A stretch of 64,000 bases of DNA from Bugula neritina. Lineage: Eukaryota > Animalia > Bryozoa. The DNA lies in assembly GCA_964035545.1 (NCBI GenBank), contig OZ037768.1, positions 3,256,741 to 3,320,740 of the forward strand. Reading direction: 5' to 3'. The first letter of the stretch is position 1, and each line of letters starts with the position of its first letter. Under the pieces are notes generated by a model. The model searched no databases. It was not told where the DNA came from and saw only the letters and a list, made by a program, of their open reading frames with translations. A program made the translations under genes and the position numbers. Positions 36,101 through 47,883 of this stretch are shown here, piece by piece.

Positions 36101-38711
36101 ATTGTGTATGCCCCCACCTGTTCATAATGTAACACATGCAAAAGGAATAACAAGTATATATGTGTGCGTCTGTGTATATATATATAATATAATATAATAT
36201 TATATAATATAATATTATATAATATAATATAATATTATATTATATGTATATAATATGACACTATGTGCAGTATTCTGGTATGTTTTGTAGCGAGTAACAG
36301 TTGTTTTCTTGCCACAAGCAGCAGAGCTCCAAAAGTTTGTCAATCTGCCATGGTGGAACACCACAGTCAAAGACAGGGTGGGTGTCTGATGTTAACCACT
36401 GTATGTATATACACATGTAGAGATCACTTCTAGAATGTTCTACTCTAATTTTTATAATTTCTTAGCAGAATTACATCCGTTTTATGTCAGTTATATGTAA
36501 TTTCGATATCATTTACAATGTAAGCTGCAACTCACATTATGGCTGTATGTCTAAATATTTCCATGTAATGGTAGAGCTTGGTAGAGTTGTTTTATCTTGT
36601 CCAAAATAAAGATTTTTTTTCAGTTTATCAAAGTTTGCGACATATTGAAAGTCTTGCCCAAAGCCAGTTCCTATGTCATCACCTCAGCAAGTGATGTGCT
36701 CACTGAGCTCTTGACACAAAGAGGTAAAAATAACATATCTCATTCGTCTAGTATTTGTTAGACATATAACCTATTTTGTTTGTCTCTTTTATTGCATAGA
36801 AATGCACTTGTGTCACCAACAACGGTTTAATATTCAGAGCTTTGTAAGGCCTAAGTAGGTCTATAAAAGCGCAAAGAAAAGATAACTCTTGTCAAATGGT
36901 AGAGTGATAATTAATTCATCACAATATTTATTTTATCTTGCTACAAATTGTAAGATATCTTTAAGCTGCATAACATGGAGTTGCTGCACTAAGATATAAC
37001 TGGAATGAATTAATAGAGTACCACTTGTATTGCAATAGGATAATATTTCGAACTCTTCTGTCAAACGGAATGTTTGATATGGTCAATCTCACAATTATTC
37101 GTATTTTCTTAACACTAAGAGATTTTTATTTCAGAATTTCTGTATTATAATTGGCTCTGTGTATATATATATGTTTGTGACTTTCACTTATATAAATTGT
37201 CTAAATTTCATTCATTAAATTTTAATTTTTTTTATTTGCACATTTAATTCGGTTGGTAGTTTCTTCCTAACTATAATATTATATGAGCATTTTCTCTGTT
37301 TATTCCTGTTTTACAATGTTACCTCTGTTTACGTTTTAGGTGTGGGTACATTGTTTAAAAGAGTTGCCCCTGTAAATAAGTATAGAAGTTTGGATGATTG
37401 GGTCAAAGTAGGAGACTGCATTGAAAATGAACAGCAGTTGAAAGACATCTTACCAGATCTGGTTGAAAAGTGAGAGATTACAACTCCCATTTTGTTAATT
37501 TACTTTCTATGGTCACTATAATATCTTACCACTTGCATTTTTTCACTAATTTAAAGTTTACTTTAAATATTTTTGTCAAAATGCGATTAATAATACTTTC
37601 ACAAGCTGTTGTAGGTTTGTTTGTTATATAAGAACTGACTGTTATTTTACATTTTTATTAAAATATGGTCTGATTTACTCATTTTTTTCTAGCATTTTGT
37701 TAAGTGATCTGCAAGTGACGAACTCATCAATGCAGCTAATATTTTCTTTATTATTTCTCGTGTAGTGCATTTGGTCGGCAAACATCAAGGTCGTACTGGA
37801 ACAAGCTGTCTGCCGATTTAGATGCCATCTACGTAACAGATGACCTCAAGTCGTGCGCTGTAGTCAGGAAAATACACGGCATGCCTGGTGTGGCCTACCT
37901 CGACAAGTTTGCTGTAAGCAAAGAAGAGAGAGGAAACTTCAGTATAGACGTGCTCTGGCAGCAACTGAAGCAGGACTATAAGAGTCTGTACTGGAGATCT
38001 CGCCGCACCAACATCTTCAATAGCTGGTCAGTTGTTGTAAACTAATGCTTAGTAACAGATGTCTTGTATGTCTTAAGAACACCATTTGTTTTGCTGTGGA
38101 TAAGCTGGTGATTCAAGGAAAAAATCTTTTATTTGCTACAAATTGCTCAACTAGAAGTTCTCACCTTTGTTATAAGCTAAAAAATATTCAGCTCTGAAAT
38201 TTATATATTTTTCATTTCAGGTATGAAACTCGAAGTGATGGCATAGTCAAGTCAGGCTACTATCATATATTCTGGTATGTAAATCAGTCATTCTTTGAAT
38301 AAATAATAATTTTTGCGTTTGTGGATTTAGCTTGAACTTTTAGGCACCTTTTTATTGTGCTGGCTTCTTCATTTTTGCTTCTCCTAACTCTTTACCATTT
38401 ATTGATGGATAGAAATACTGGTAATTGTTGTTGTGGTTTGCCAATACCTTTTCTAAGATCACTGTGGTCTAATCTTAATTCATGTAAGATGAAATGCTGA
38501 AGGACTGACATCAGCCATTCGTAGCCTCTGTGTCGAGTCATTACATAGCTTAATAGTTGTGGTTTTAGTTGTGATTTAAGCAACATGTTCTGCTATGCTA
38601 ACATTTTATATGTTTATCCCTTATAATATTTCCAGGTTCGGATTGAATAGCACAGACATCAACAATGTGGTGAAACTGTGTGAGACTTTGCCAGATTCCT
38701 TTGATAGTTGA
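33184..38711 (+). CDS. NAGS: N-acetylglutamate synthase, vertebrate-like mitochondrial type (AAK + NAT/DUF619 domains)
   Basis: Exons at about 33184-33349, 33496-33559, 33951-34076, 34230-34373, 35340-35461, 35702-35906, 36291-36377, 36624-36723, 37340-37469, 37766-38026, 38221-38274 and 38637-38711. They give EVRYWMKYF..FAVIQI, VPVIGCIGE, QPLKVLLLNAGGGI, SSYVITSASDVLTELLTQRGVGTLFK, YLDKFAV, LYWRSR..N..NSWY..RSDG, IFWFG and LPDSF. The basic N-terminus fits a mitochondrial presequence. Confidence 0.9.
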
Positions 38712-39073
38712 GACCATAAGACATCAACTTATAAATGTTCACACTAACTTTGAGCTCAATATTCATGTACTTATTATTTTATTAATGTCAACTCTAGACA
38801 AGATCTGTATGTAATATATACACAATTATATTATTTTTATACAGTTTTGTTGCATATTATGAATCTCAGAGTCTTAAGACTGTATCACAGGCTTTATTCG
38901 CGCATCTTTTAAAAGCTTCTTTCAATTTTTTTTATTACTGTACTAGACAAAATATTTCGCAATGTCTATGCAAATTTGCTAATAGTAATAACTCATGTCA
39001 TTATGATTGTGAGTTTTATATATTATGCAGTTTCTGCCTATACTTGTACACAGATTACACTAGAATACACCTT

Positions 39074-39230
39074 TAATACTTGTATAATATACTATTAATA
39101 CTTGTATAATACACTATTAATACTTGTATAATACACTATTAATACTTGTATAATACACTATTAATACTTGTATAATACACTATTAATACTTGTATAATAC
39201 ATTATTAATACTTGTATAATACACTATTAC
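39074..39230. repeat. 22-bp minisatellite (TAATACTTGTATAATACACTAT), about 7 copies
   Basis: Directly visible between the NAGS and DNAJB11 3' ends. Confidence 0.93.
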
Positions 39231-40183
39231 TACTGACCATCACTTCTCAGCCAAAGTTTACATGTTTAAACCATTTGCAATGTTGACCAGTAGTGGTGGT
39301 GCTATTTTGGATAAGTTTTGATGCTCGACCTTGATATAATTCAAACATGTGTTTTCAGCAATTAAAGTGGCTGCTGTAGGTTGTCTTTCTTGGCTTATTC
39401 AATACTGTGACAACTGTTTAAAAATCCATTCAAATTTATTTTTGTGATTAAAATCATGTCAAAATAAGGAAAAGATTTAATTTTAATATTTTTACCATTT
39501 TATTTCACATTATTATACTCGTAATAATTCTTGCTTGAGTTAACAAAATGAAACACAGTTTTACAGCAAAAATAATAAATATGGAGAGTAAATGTTTCAA
39601 AATAATATAACTATGTATAAGACAATAATCGAATAACTCTAATAAGACTCTTTATATCGTATTCTTGTATGTTCAAAGCTAACAATTTTAAATAAAATAT
39701 ATAGATTTATTTCTTTACATGACCTAATTGATGAAAATTTAGACTCACAAATTGTGAATGAAACATCGTTTGTGCCTTGGATAACGAATTATATTCACAG
39801 GTGATATACTGAATACTATGCAAGTTGAGAAACACTAGTTTGGAGTTGGGTGCTTATCTCACTGATGGCTATATTAGCGTGCAGAATATTAGTCAACTAA
39901 TTTACCACATGAATTACACAACCACCAGTAAGCACTATACATATCTATACACTAATATAATAGAGCATGTATGTACACACACCACAGTCTCTGCAAAGCA
40001 ATGAGTAGGTATATGTTATTTTGATAAGCTGTATAAATAACAGCCTGATGTTGAGATCTTCAGTTATTGGTGTAAACTCTAGATGCAGTCTTGGCGCACA
40101 GACAGTGTAAGAGTTAGAGTTGGTTGATTGATTGAGCGACATATATTATTCAATTACCTAATAAATTTAGTCTTTCAATACTT

Positions 40184-43100
40184 TCAGTATCCTTGTAATC
40201 CATTGTAAACTTTACTGTGGAAATTCTCAAACTTTGATCCCAACACTGATGACACAGCTGGAAGAAATATCAAATTACTCTAATAACAACATGGCTGAAT
40301 ATACAACAACTTAAGGCATATATCAATGTTTTTGTTGAAAAAAACCAACGTATATCTAACTAATAAAAATAGATATTTTTCAATTGCACAATACAAACCT
40401 TTCTTCTCTTCAGCAGATAACTCTACTTTTGGGAATTCCACATCGAATGTGATATAAAGAGATCCCTTCATGTTGTTGTTCTCATAGTTGGGCATACCTT
40501 GGCCTGTCTTCCTAATCTTAGCACCAGGCCAGGTAACTTTCTCTCTAACCACTTTAACCTGCAGCACACAGCACCTCATAAGTGGCATATTAATGATAGA
40601 ATGAGAACCACTGCGTTTAAACTTACTGAAAGTGAATGTCAAAAACAGATGATTGCTTTTTGTGGGAATAAATGAAACAACTTTAAAATTTTAAGCTCAG
40701 AAAATAACCTAGCATTAATTATATTCACAACCAGAAGCACACACACGTATATGTACATGTATATAACACACAAATATGAGTTCCCTAGGTCTTATCATAA
40801 AACTACATAACTGCAATAATATTGATCTTTCTGTTTTTACTTTGCGTATGAAAATCAACATTTAAACTGATAAAAACTAAAATAACTAAACAGAGAAACA
40901 GTGAAGCAGACTAATTTAATATGTTACCTTTTTTGTCTATGAAATGAATATAAAGTACATGTATACAAATCAAATGAAATAGATGACAGTAAAAATTGCA
41001 GATGCGAACTCGCCAAAGTATTATAAATGCGCCATGTGGTTACAGCAGCACTAAACCAACCTTTTTACTGTCTAAATGAGGTATATATAGTTCAAAGCCA
41101 TTCAGGGCTTCTTCGAGAGATATAGTAACATTGGTAAACAGATCGTCTCCCCTTCTTTCAAACCTGGGATGTTTCTGTTGTATGATTCGAAACCTATAGA
41201 AGTTAACACATACACAACATGCGGTACACCAAGAACAGATATGTTCACTTGACTGTGCCATAACTAATCAGTAAATAATAACTACAAAATAACTGATTGG
41301 TTAAGCCAAGAGTCCAAGACATAAATAATACTCAGGTATATAAGATGCACTTGAACTGCCACTTTGTCAAAAGCCTTCTAAAATGTTCTGAAGTCAGCGC
41401 TTACTTGAGATCTCCAGGTTCGCCGTCGATATGTGGTTCTCCTTCAGCAACAAACGGATACTCCTGACCGTCTCTCATCCCTGGCTCAATCTCCACTTCT
41501 AGTACTCTTTCCTCTGTCACTAGTCTACAAATAGACAGTACATGTGAGTTAGGCTAGGCAACGCTTGAATGATTTGTAGTAAGTAGTGTTCCTGTGGTAA
41601 GCATTAAATACACACACAATCAACGTGTTTGGCAATGAGAAGAGAGATATTAGAATAGGTGGGAAACTCACTTAACATTAGGGCACTCGTCGCACACATT
41701 CTGCTGAGTCATGGTAAATCTGCCAGCACCAATTTGCTGAGTCACCATCTCCTGTCTGCAGTTACACTGTCTGGTGCCCTTAGCTGGCTTAGGCACACGT
41801 TTCTTGCGCACAACCTACAAAAATATAAACCCAAAGGTAAACATGATTCTCCAACTGCTCATTTATTTTAAACTCGAATTGAAAATACCAGGTTTGCTAC
41901 TGTGAATTACAGGCTGACAGAATGTCTCAAGAGTTATCAACCCAATGTGTACCTGCTTAATAAGAAAACTTTGAAAAATCGACAACTGCATAAGCCAATA
42001 CTAATGAATCAGCAACACCTGCAAATGTGTAAAGAATCGCTGTTCAAAAACAATTACACTAAACTTTATACAATATTCATCATAAGAAGAATTTGTCCAA
42101 TGAACAATAATTGTATAAAAATAAACTCGTAAAAGTACACTCACTTCTATGAAATTTCCATTATACATTTCTTCTAAGCTAACTAACAGATCCATAACAA
42201 CATCGCCTCCCTTTGGTGTCTCTCGCTCACCATGTCTCTGTCCTCCACCAAAGAAACCGAAATCCCCAAAAAAACTAAATAGATAAAAATCATCTTAACT
42301 ATTTCATTGTATTCATTATGCCGTAACGGCTACTGCTACAGACTGCCAAGAAAGCAATGACGCACACTATGACAACAACCCACCACATTTTAACTGGTGA
42401 CCACAGTAACAGCCACAAACAATATTTTCAGCAACACATACCTGGAAAATGGATCACCACCACCCAAATCTCCTTCCTTTAGACATTCTTCTCCACATTT
42501 ATCATATTTCTTTCTTTTTTCATCATCACTCAACACTTCATAGGCTGCTCCAAGATTTTGAAACTTTTCAGTAGCTTCAGGGTCGTCCTTATTTTTATCA
42601 GGATGCATTTCTTTTGCTAACTTTCTATAAGCTTTTTTAATTTGATTAACTGAAGCACTTTTACTCACACCCAGAATTTTGTAAAAATCTCGGCTACAAA
42701 TATAAGAAATTCAAATTAACATAAGAACATAACAATAACATTCTAATAGTGTACTGCAAACAATTTATTAACAGCAATTGGTGAATTGCCATGATAAAAT
42801 ACTAATAAGCCATCTCCAAAATTTAATTTAATTTAATTACTAATTAGTAATTAAATTACACTTATCATTAAATTTAATTGATCGAAGACTACTTGTAACT
42901 GTATTTAGACTCAAGCTTATAGTTATAAATTTTGAGTAGTTAACCTTAAAGCTAGTGTAACACTAACAGTAACTATAAGACGTAAGTGTTACTGTTAGAG
43001 TTACTTAACTCACTGACAGTTGGTGTTACTTTCTCTTAGATTTACTTTTAGTTTTACTTTTAGTCAAACTGAAAAACCAATTAAAATGTGATTGCATACG

Positions 43101-43253
43101 TCTAACAAGAATTAATTTCTTAAAACAAGTACATCTTAAAATAAATTGTTTAAAAGTAACAAAAAATTGTAAATATATTTACCCGGCTAGAACAGATATC
43201 AACATAAAGGCAAAAATCAACAAAAAAGTTGTAGACTTTATGGAGGCCGCCAT
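40184..43253 (-). CDS. DNAJB11: DnaJ homolog subfamily B member 11 (ERdj3), ER co-chaperone
   Basis: Signal-peptide exon [24 protein letters not shown] (43253-43183), then [15 protein letters not shown]-domain (42694-42442), the G/F region, [54 protein letters not shown] and [22 protein letters not shown], ending KVYNGLQGY* at 40184. Confidence 0.96.
42830..43075. repeat. Promoter-proximal drifting hexamer tract (DNAJB11 intron 1)
   Basis: TGTAAC ACTAAC AGTAAC ... GTGTTA CTGTTA GAGTTA ... TTTTAG TTTTAC TTTTAG. Confidence 0.7.
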
Positions 43254-43350
43254 GTTTTTCTGACACGACAGGTTAAAATGCATCATGGGAAGCATGCTAG
43301 CTACACCTGCGAAGTTTTAATTGGTTCAATGTTTTTAACGTGATCCAATC
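43247..43350 (-). promoter_or_regulatory. DNAJB11 promoter: ZNF143/Staf-like site, CCAAT box, ERSE-II-like element and YY1-like site over the ATG
   Basis: Minus strand: TTCCCATGATGCA (43291-43279), CCAAT (43324-43320), ATTGG-A-TCACG (43349-43339; ERSE-II is ATTGG-N-CCACG) and AACATGGCGG over the start codon. Confidence 0.55.
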
Positions 43351-45081
43351 AATGACTATGGAATATACGCAGGAAAATCATAAATAATTATTATAATATT
43401 ATTATAATCTGAATAGACGATGTATAATGCTCCAATTAAGATATAATATGTAAATATATTACCACTAAACCATATTATGTAAAATATTATAAATGTTGTT
43501 TTACGTAATAACTGTAACACTACAAGAAACTAACCAAACTGTAGCTTCTCCATTTCATTATCAATGATTGACATAACTCTGCTTTTGTCTCTGTATCACC
43601 CTAGTGTTTGCACTACTAGGAATTTATTTCACTAATGTGTTTTAGTAGAGTTCAGATAAATTTTGGTTGTGTTGATTAAATTTTCTTTTATTCAAATGTA
43701 TATAGTCATTACTCAATTTATTAAATGTTGAAAACCTGTTAATAGTATACATTTTAAGACACCATAACCTATCAACATCAAGGGAACTGCAAAAATATGA
43801 TCAAAATTTAGTGATATAAATAATAAAATATTTACACTATATAATAATCAGATTTTTCAAGTTTAGAGATGGTAACATTCAAAAGCAAATGACAAATTTT
43901 AAATTCATTTGCGTTATTGTCGTTTCAAAAGACTGCTATATGATAGCATATACTGAGTATAGCAAAGATTCTAGCAACTAATTTATTGTACCGAGTATAG
44001 CAAAGAATTATATACAGAAAATATAGCAAAGAGCATAGAGTGGACTACATGCAATTTATAGAAATAATCAATGTAAGTTTCCCTGATGTGGTGCGAAGTG
44101 CTTAATACATGAAACTTTGATCAATTTAATTAGCATGTTCAAAGGATGTTATTTATTTGTTGAGGGTTATCAGTTTACTTTATTAGTCCTTATAGTGTTT
44201 GTTAGTTAATTATTTATTACACCGATGGCAGCCATAAAACTAGATATCAATTTTGGAGATAGTACTTAACAATTCAAAGTCTGTTGAACCAGAGTCAAGG
44301 TAAGTAGAAATTATCTTTACTGTCTGTATGGATGTTTAGTAGTAAATGGTTGTAATTAAGTTGTAAACCCTGCATACTTGCGCATGTATATTATTATGCT
44401 TTGGTTATTCTTACTATAAGTATAAAACTTTGCTTCTATTTCTGTTATATTCCATAAGATACATGTATATTATATGTCCCAGTATATACTGGATTATCAC
44501 ACAGAAAACTAACTATTTTGTTATATTGTCATTATATTATTATAGCTTTTAAATAGGTTTCTTTGAAATAAAAACCCATAGAATGTAGTAATAATTATAA
44601 ATGACAATATATGATATAACATAGGATCACAAGATTTTTACATTTACTGTAATTTACTATGTATATCATAGAAGATTTTAATTAAGTCTAAACAGAAAGT
44701 AACACTATTTAACTATTATAAAGACATGTACATTGCAAAATGTGATGTCTGTTTTTGTACTTGAATGGTTTCAAAGTGTTTAGTGTGTTTCCATAAAACT
44801 GTATAACGCATTAAATTTTAAGCATTAAATTTTTAATCATTTCATGAAATTGAGTTTTAAGCTCCAATGCCCTATTTAACTATGCATATAATTTTTTTAA
44901 TGTTGATAAATTTAATATGATTGTTAATAATGTAAAGAAACAAAGCAAAAATTATGTTAATATACCCAATTAGGCTATTACCATGTGATTTCTTTAAGAT
45001 TCTTATCTACATATTCTATGAATAAGGGAGTTATCATTCCAAGCTGGTGGCAAAATAATTACATAGATGTAACTCATTTAG

Positions 45082-45318
45082 ATGGAAGTTGGTACGATAC
45101 GTTGGATTATCTTTCTGGTGTTGGTAACTGCCAACTATGCTGAAGGCTATAAACCCAAAGAGCTGTCACTGAAAGACCTAATAAGCTGTAAGAATGGATT
45201 TTACGGGAAAGTTGACTGCTATCTTTGTGGAAGAAGGGTTGAAAGTTTAGATGTGTATCAAAAGTGCTGTGCCGGCCACTTGAGTTACCTAGAGTTCTGT
45301 GAACTATATCTGTTATAA
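45082..45318 (+). CDS. Small secreted cysteine-rich peptide precursor (78 aa; C-x9-C-x2-C-x12-CC-x9-C)
   Basis: The ORF starts right after a splice acceptor (CATTTAG|ATG). It has a hydrophobic signal peptide ending A-E-G and six Cys. An upstream exon has a strong donor AAG|GTAAGT at about 44299, and AATAAA occurs at about 45413 and 45469. Confidence 0.75.
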   Translation: MEVGTIRWIIFLVLVTANYAEGYKPKELSLKDLISCKNGFYGKVDCYLCGRRVESLDVYQKCCAGHLSYLEFCELYLL

Positions 45319-45842
45319 ACAAAGATCTTTTCACTAAGAAAATATTATTACAAACTGGATCTGGAGATTTGCCAACATATAAAATTATAGTGGTTTCTTT
45401 TCTAATATCAACAATAAAGTAATTTTATATATTAAACACCAGCATAATATTAATATAATATTTTAATCAATAAACATCGCTATATGTGAACAAATACATT
45501 ATTTACTTGATATATAAAAATTAATATAATTATTATATAAAAATAAAGAAACAAAGTGTATACAATTATGTCAATATTATAATTATATGTGATTATTTTT
45601 TAATAAACCATTGAAAAGTTATAGTTAGAAGATTATTTTAGTGAATTAGGTGTGTTAGTATTTATTAGCTTGCAATGATTATAATATGTTATAATTGGTA
45701 TAATACTATAAAGATTCACATTTGTTTCAATTGTTTCCATCTTAATGTATAATGGGCTATACACGCTTATACGTCTCTTACCATACTGACAACTAAGTTT
45801 TAAGGGCTTTCAATAGTACTTTTGTGAGTATAACTTAATGAC

Positions 45843-46452
<610 letters not shown>

Positions 46453-47044
46453 ATTAGCATATATCAGTATGTTGGAAGCATGCAACCTTTATATATAAAT
46501 TTGTTTTACTAATTTTTTGAAAGATATAAAAATTACTTGTGTGTATTATATATGAAATATATTATTGAAGATTAATCCTTGTGTATTATTAGTTATAAGT
46601 TTTTATTTATATTTTGGTGACACTGTAAGTGATTACCCCATAAGCCCATAATGATATATTAATTATATCCATGTTTCAACTAATTTCTAAGTCTTTTTAC
46701 ACAGGTAATGGTATATTAGATGCCGGACTGTAATAGCCAAAAGACAACAGCATGCAATATCACAAAGTTGTCTCCTCTCTAAAATATTTCCTTGGTAATT
46801 GTTCTCACCAACACTCTACAGTTTTCAAGGTCAATGAAAGGTGAGAGCTTTTAGAAGAAACTAAAGGCCAAGGCGGTATTCCAATGAAGATTTGATTTTT
46901 TTTTCTTGACAAAAAGATGCAGCATGCCAATGTTTCAATGCATGATCCATTGTCTCATTATTATAAATTAAAAGATTAGGATTACTAATTTTGCAGCATT
47001 GTTGATAAAATATTTCCAAAATATATTGAATAAATCATAATCAA

Positions 47045-47600
47045 AGTATACTTACTCGATACTTACTCGAAGTATGAAATTGAATATTAATAATAATATG
47101 AATATATCTGACTTTTACTTTAAGTTTAAGTTTAACTTCAAGTTTAACTTAAAGTTAAAGTTTAAGTTAAAGTTTTACTTTTAGTTTAAATTTTTTTTTT
47201 TAATTTTAAGTTAATTAGATTAACTTATTAAAATCCAATCATCATGATGATGGTCATGGTGATGATCAGCTACTACAACCAATAAATCATCACTGATCAC
47301 AGATAATGATAATCATGGTGATGGTCATTCTGATAATCATAATAGTAATAGCTTTAGTAAAACTACTATTAGTATCACCAAGCGGTAGCATTGAATCAAT
47401 GTCAATGTGTGATCATTTGATCAATGTAAATATGACTAACAGTACATTTTAGTGTGACAGTCATTATCAAATAATCAATAGATAGGCTAAATAAATTAAT
47501 ACTAAGAGTAATGGCAATTTTGTAAACTAAAATTAGTCATCCGAAGTGAACCTGACTCGTAGCTCTACATCTGTACCCATCTCACCAAATTTAAATTAAA
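47045..47600. repeat. Promoter-proximal drifting hexamer/triplet tract (NUP93 5'-UTR intron)
   Basis: ACTTTA AGTTTA AGTTTA ACTTCA AGTTTA ACTTAA AGTTAA, followed by ATC ATG ATG ATG GTC ATG GTG ATG ATC triplets. Confidence 0.75.
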
Positions 47601-47883
47601 GTTGCTCAAATTGTTATAATTTATAATTCTATTAGAGCTTATTCATTTATGTAGTAAAATCATCTTTTTTTAAAAAGCAGTGTCAAACACATTAATAAGC
47701 TGTGTTATTGTAAACACTGATATCAGAATTTTCTTTAAACCTATAGGTTCTTTACACTAAACTTCTGTAAATTTTGAGAGGCTTACAAATTATGTAACGA
47801 TTACTGTAGTTAGTTATTTTTAAATTTTTTTTGTTAATTGGATGTAATTATAGTTCTTTTGCAGATAAGAGTTCAACCCATTG

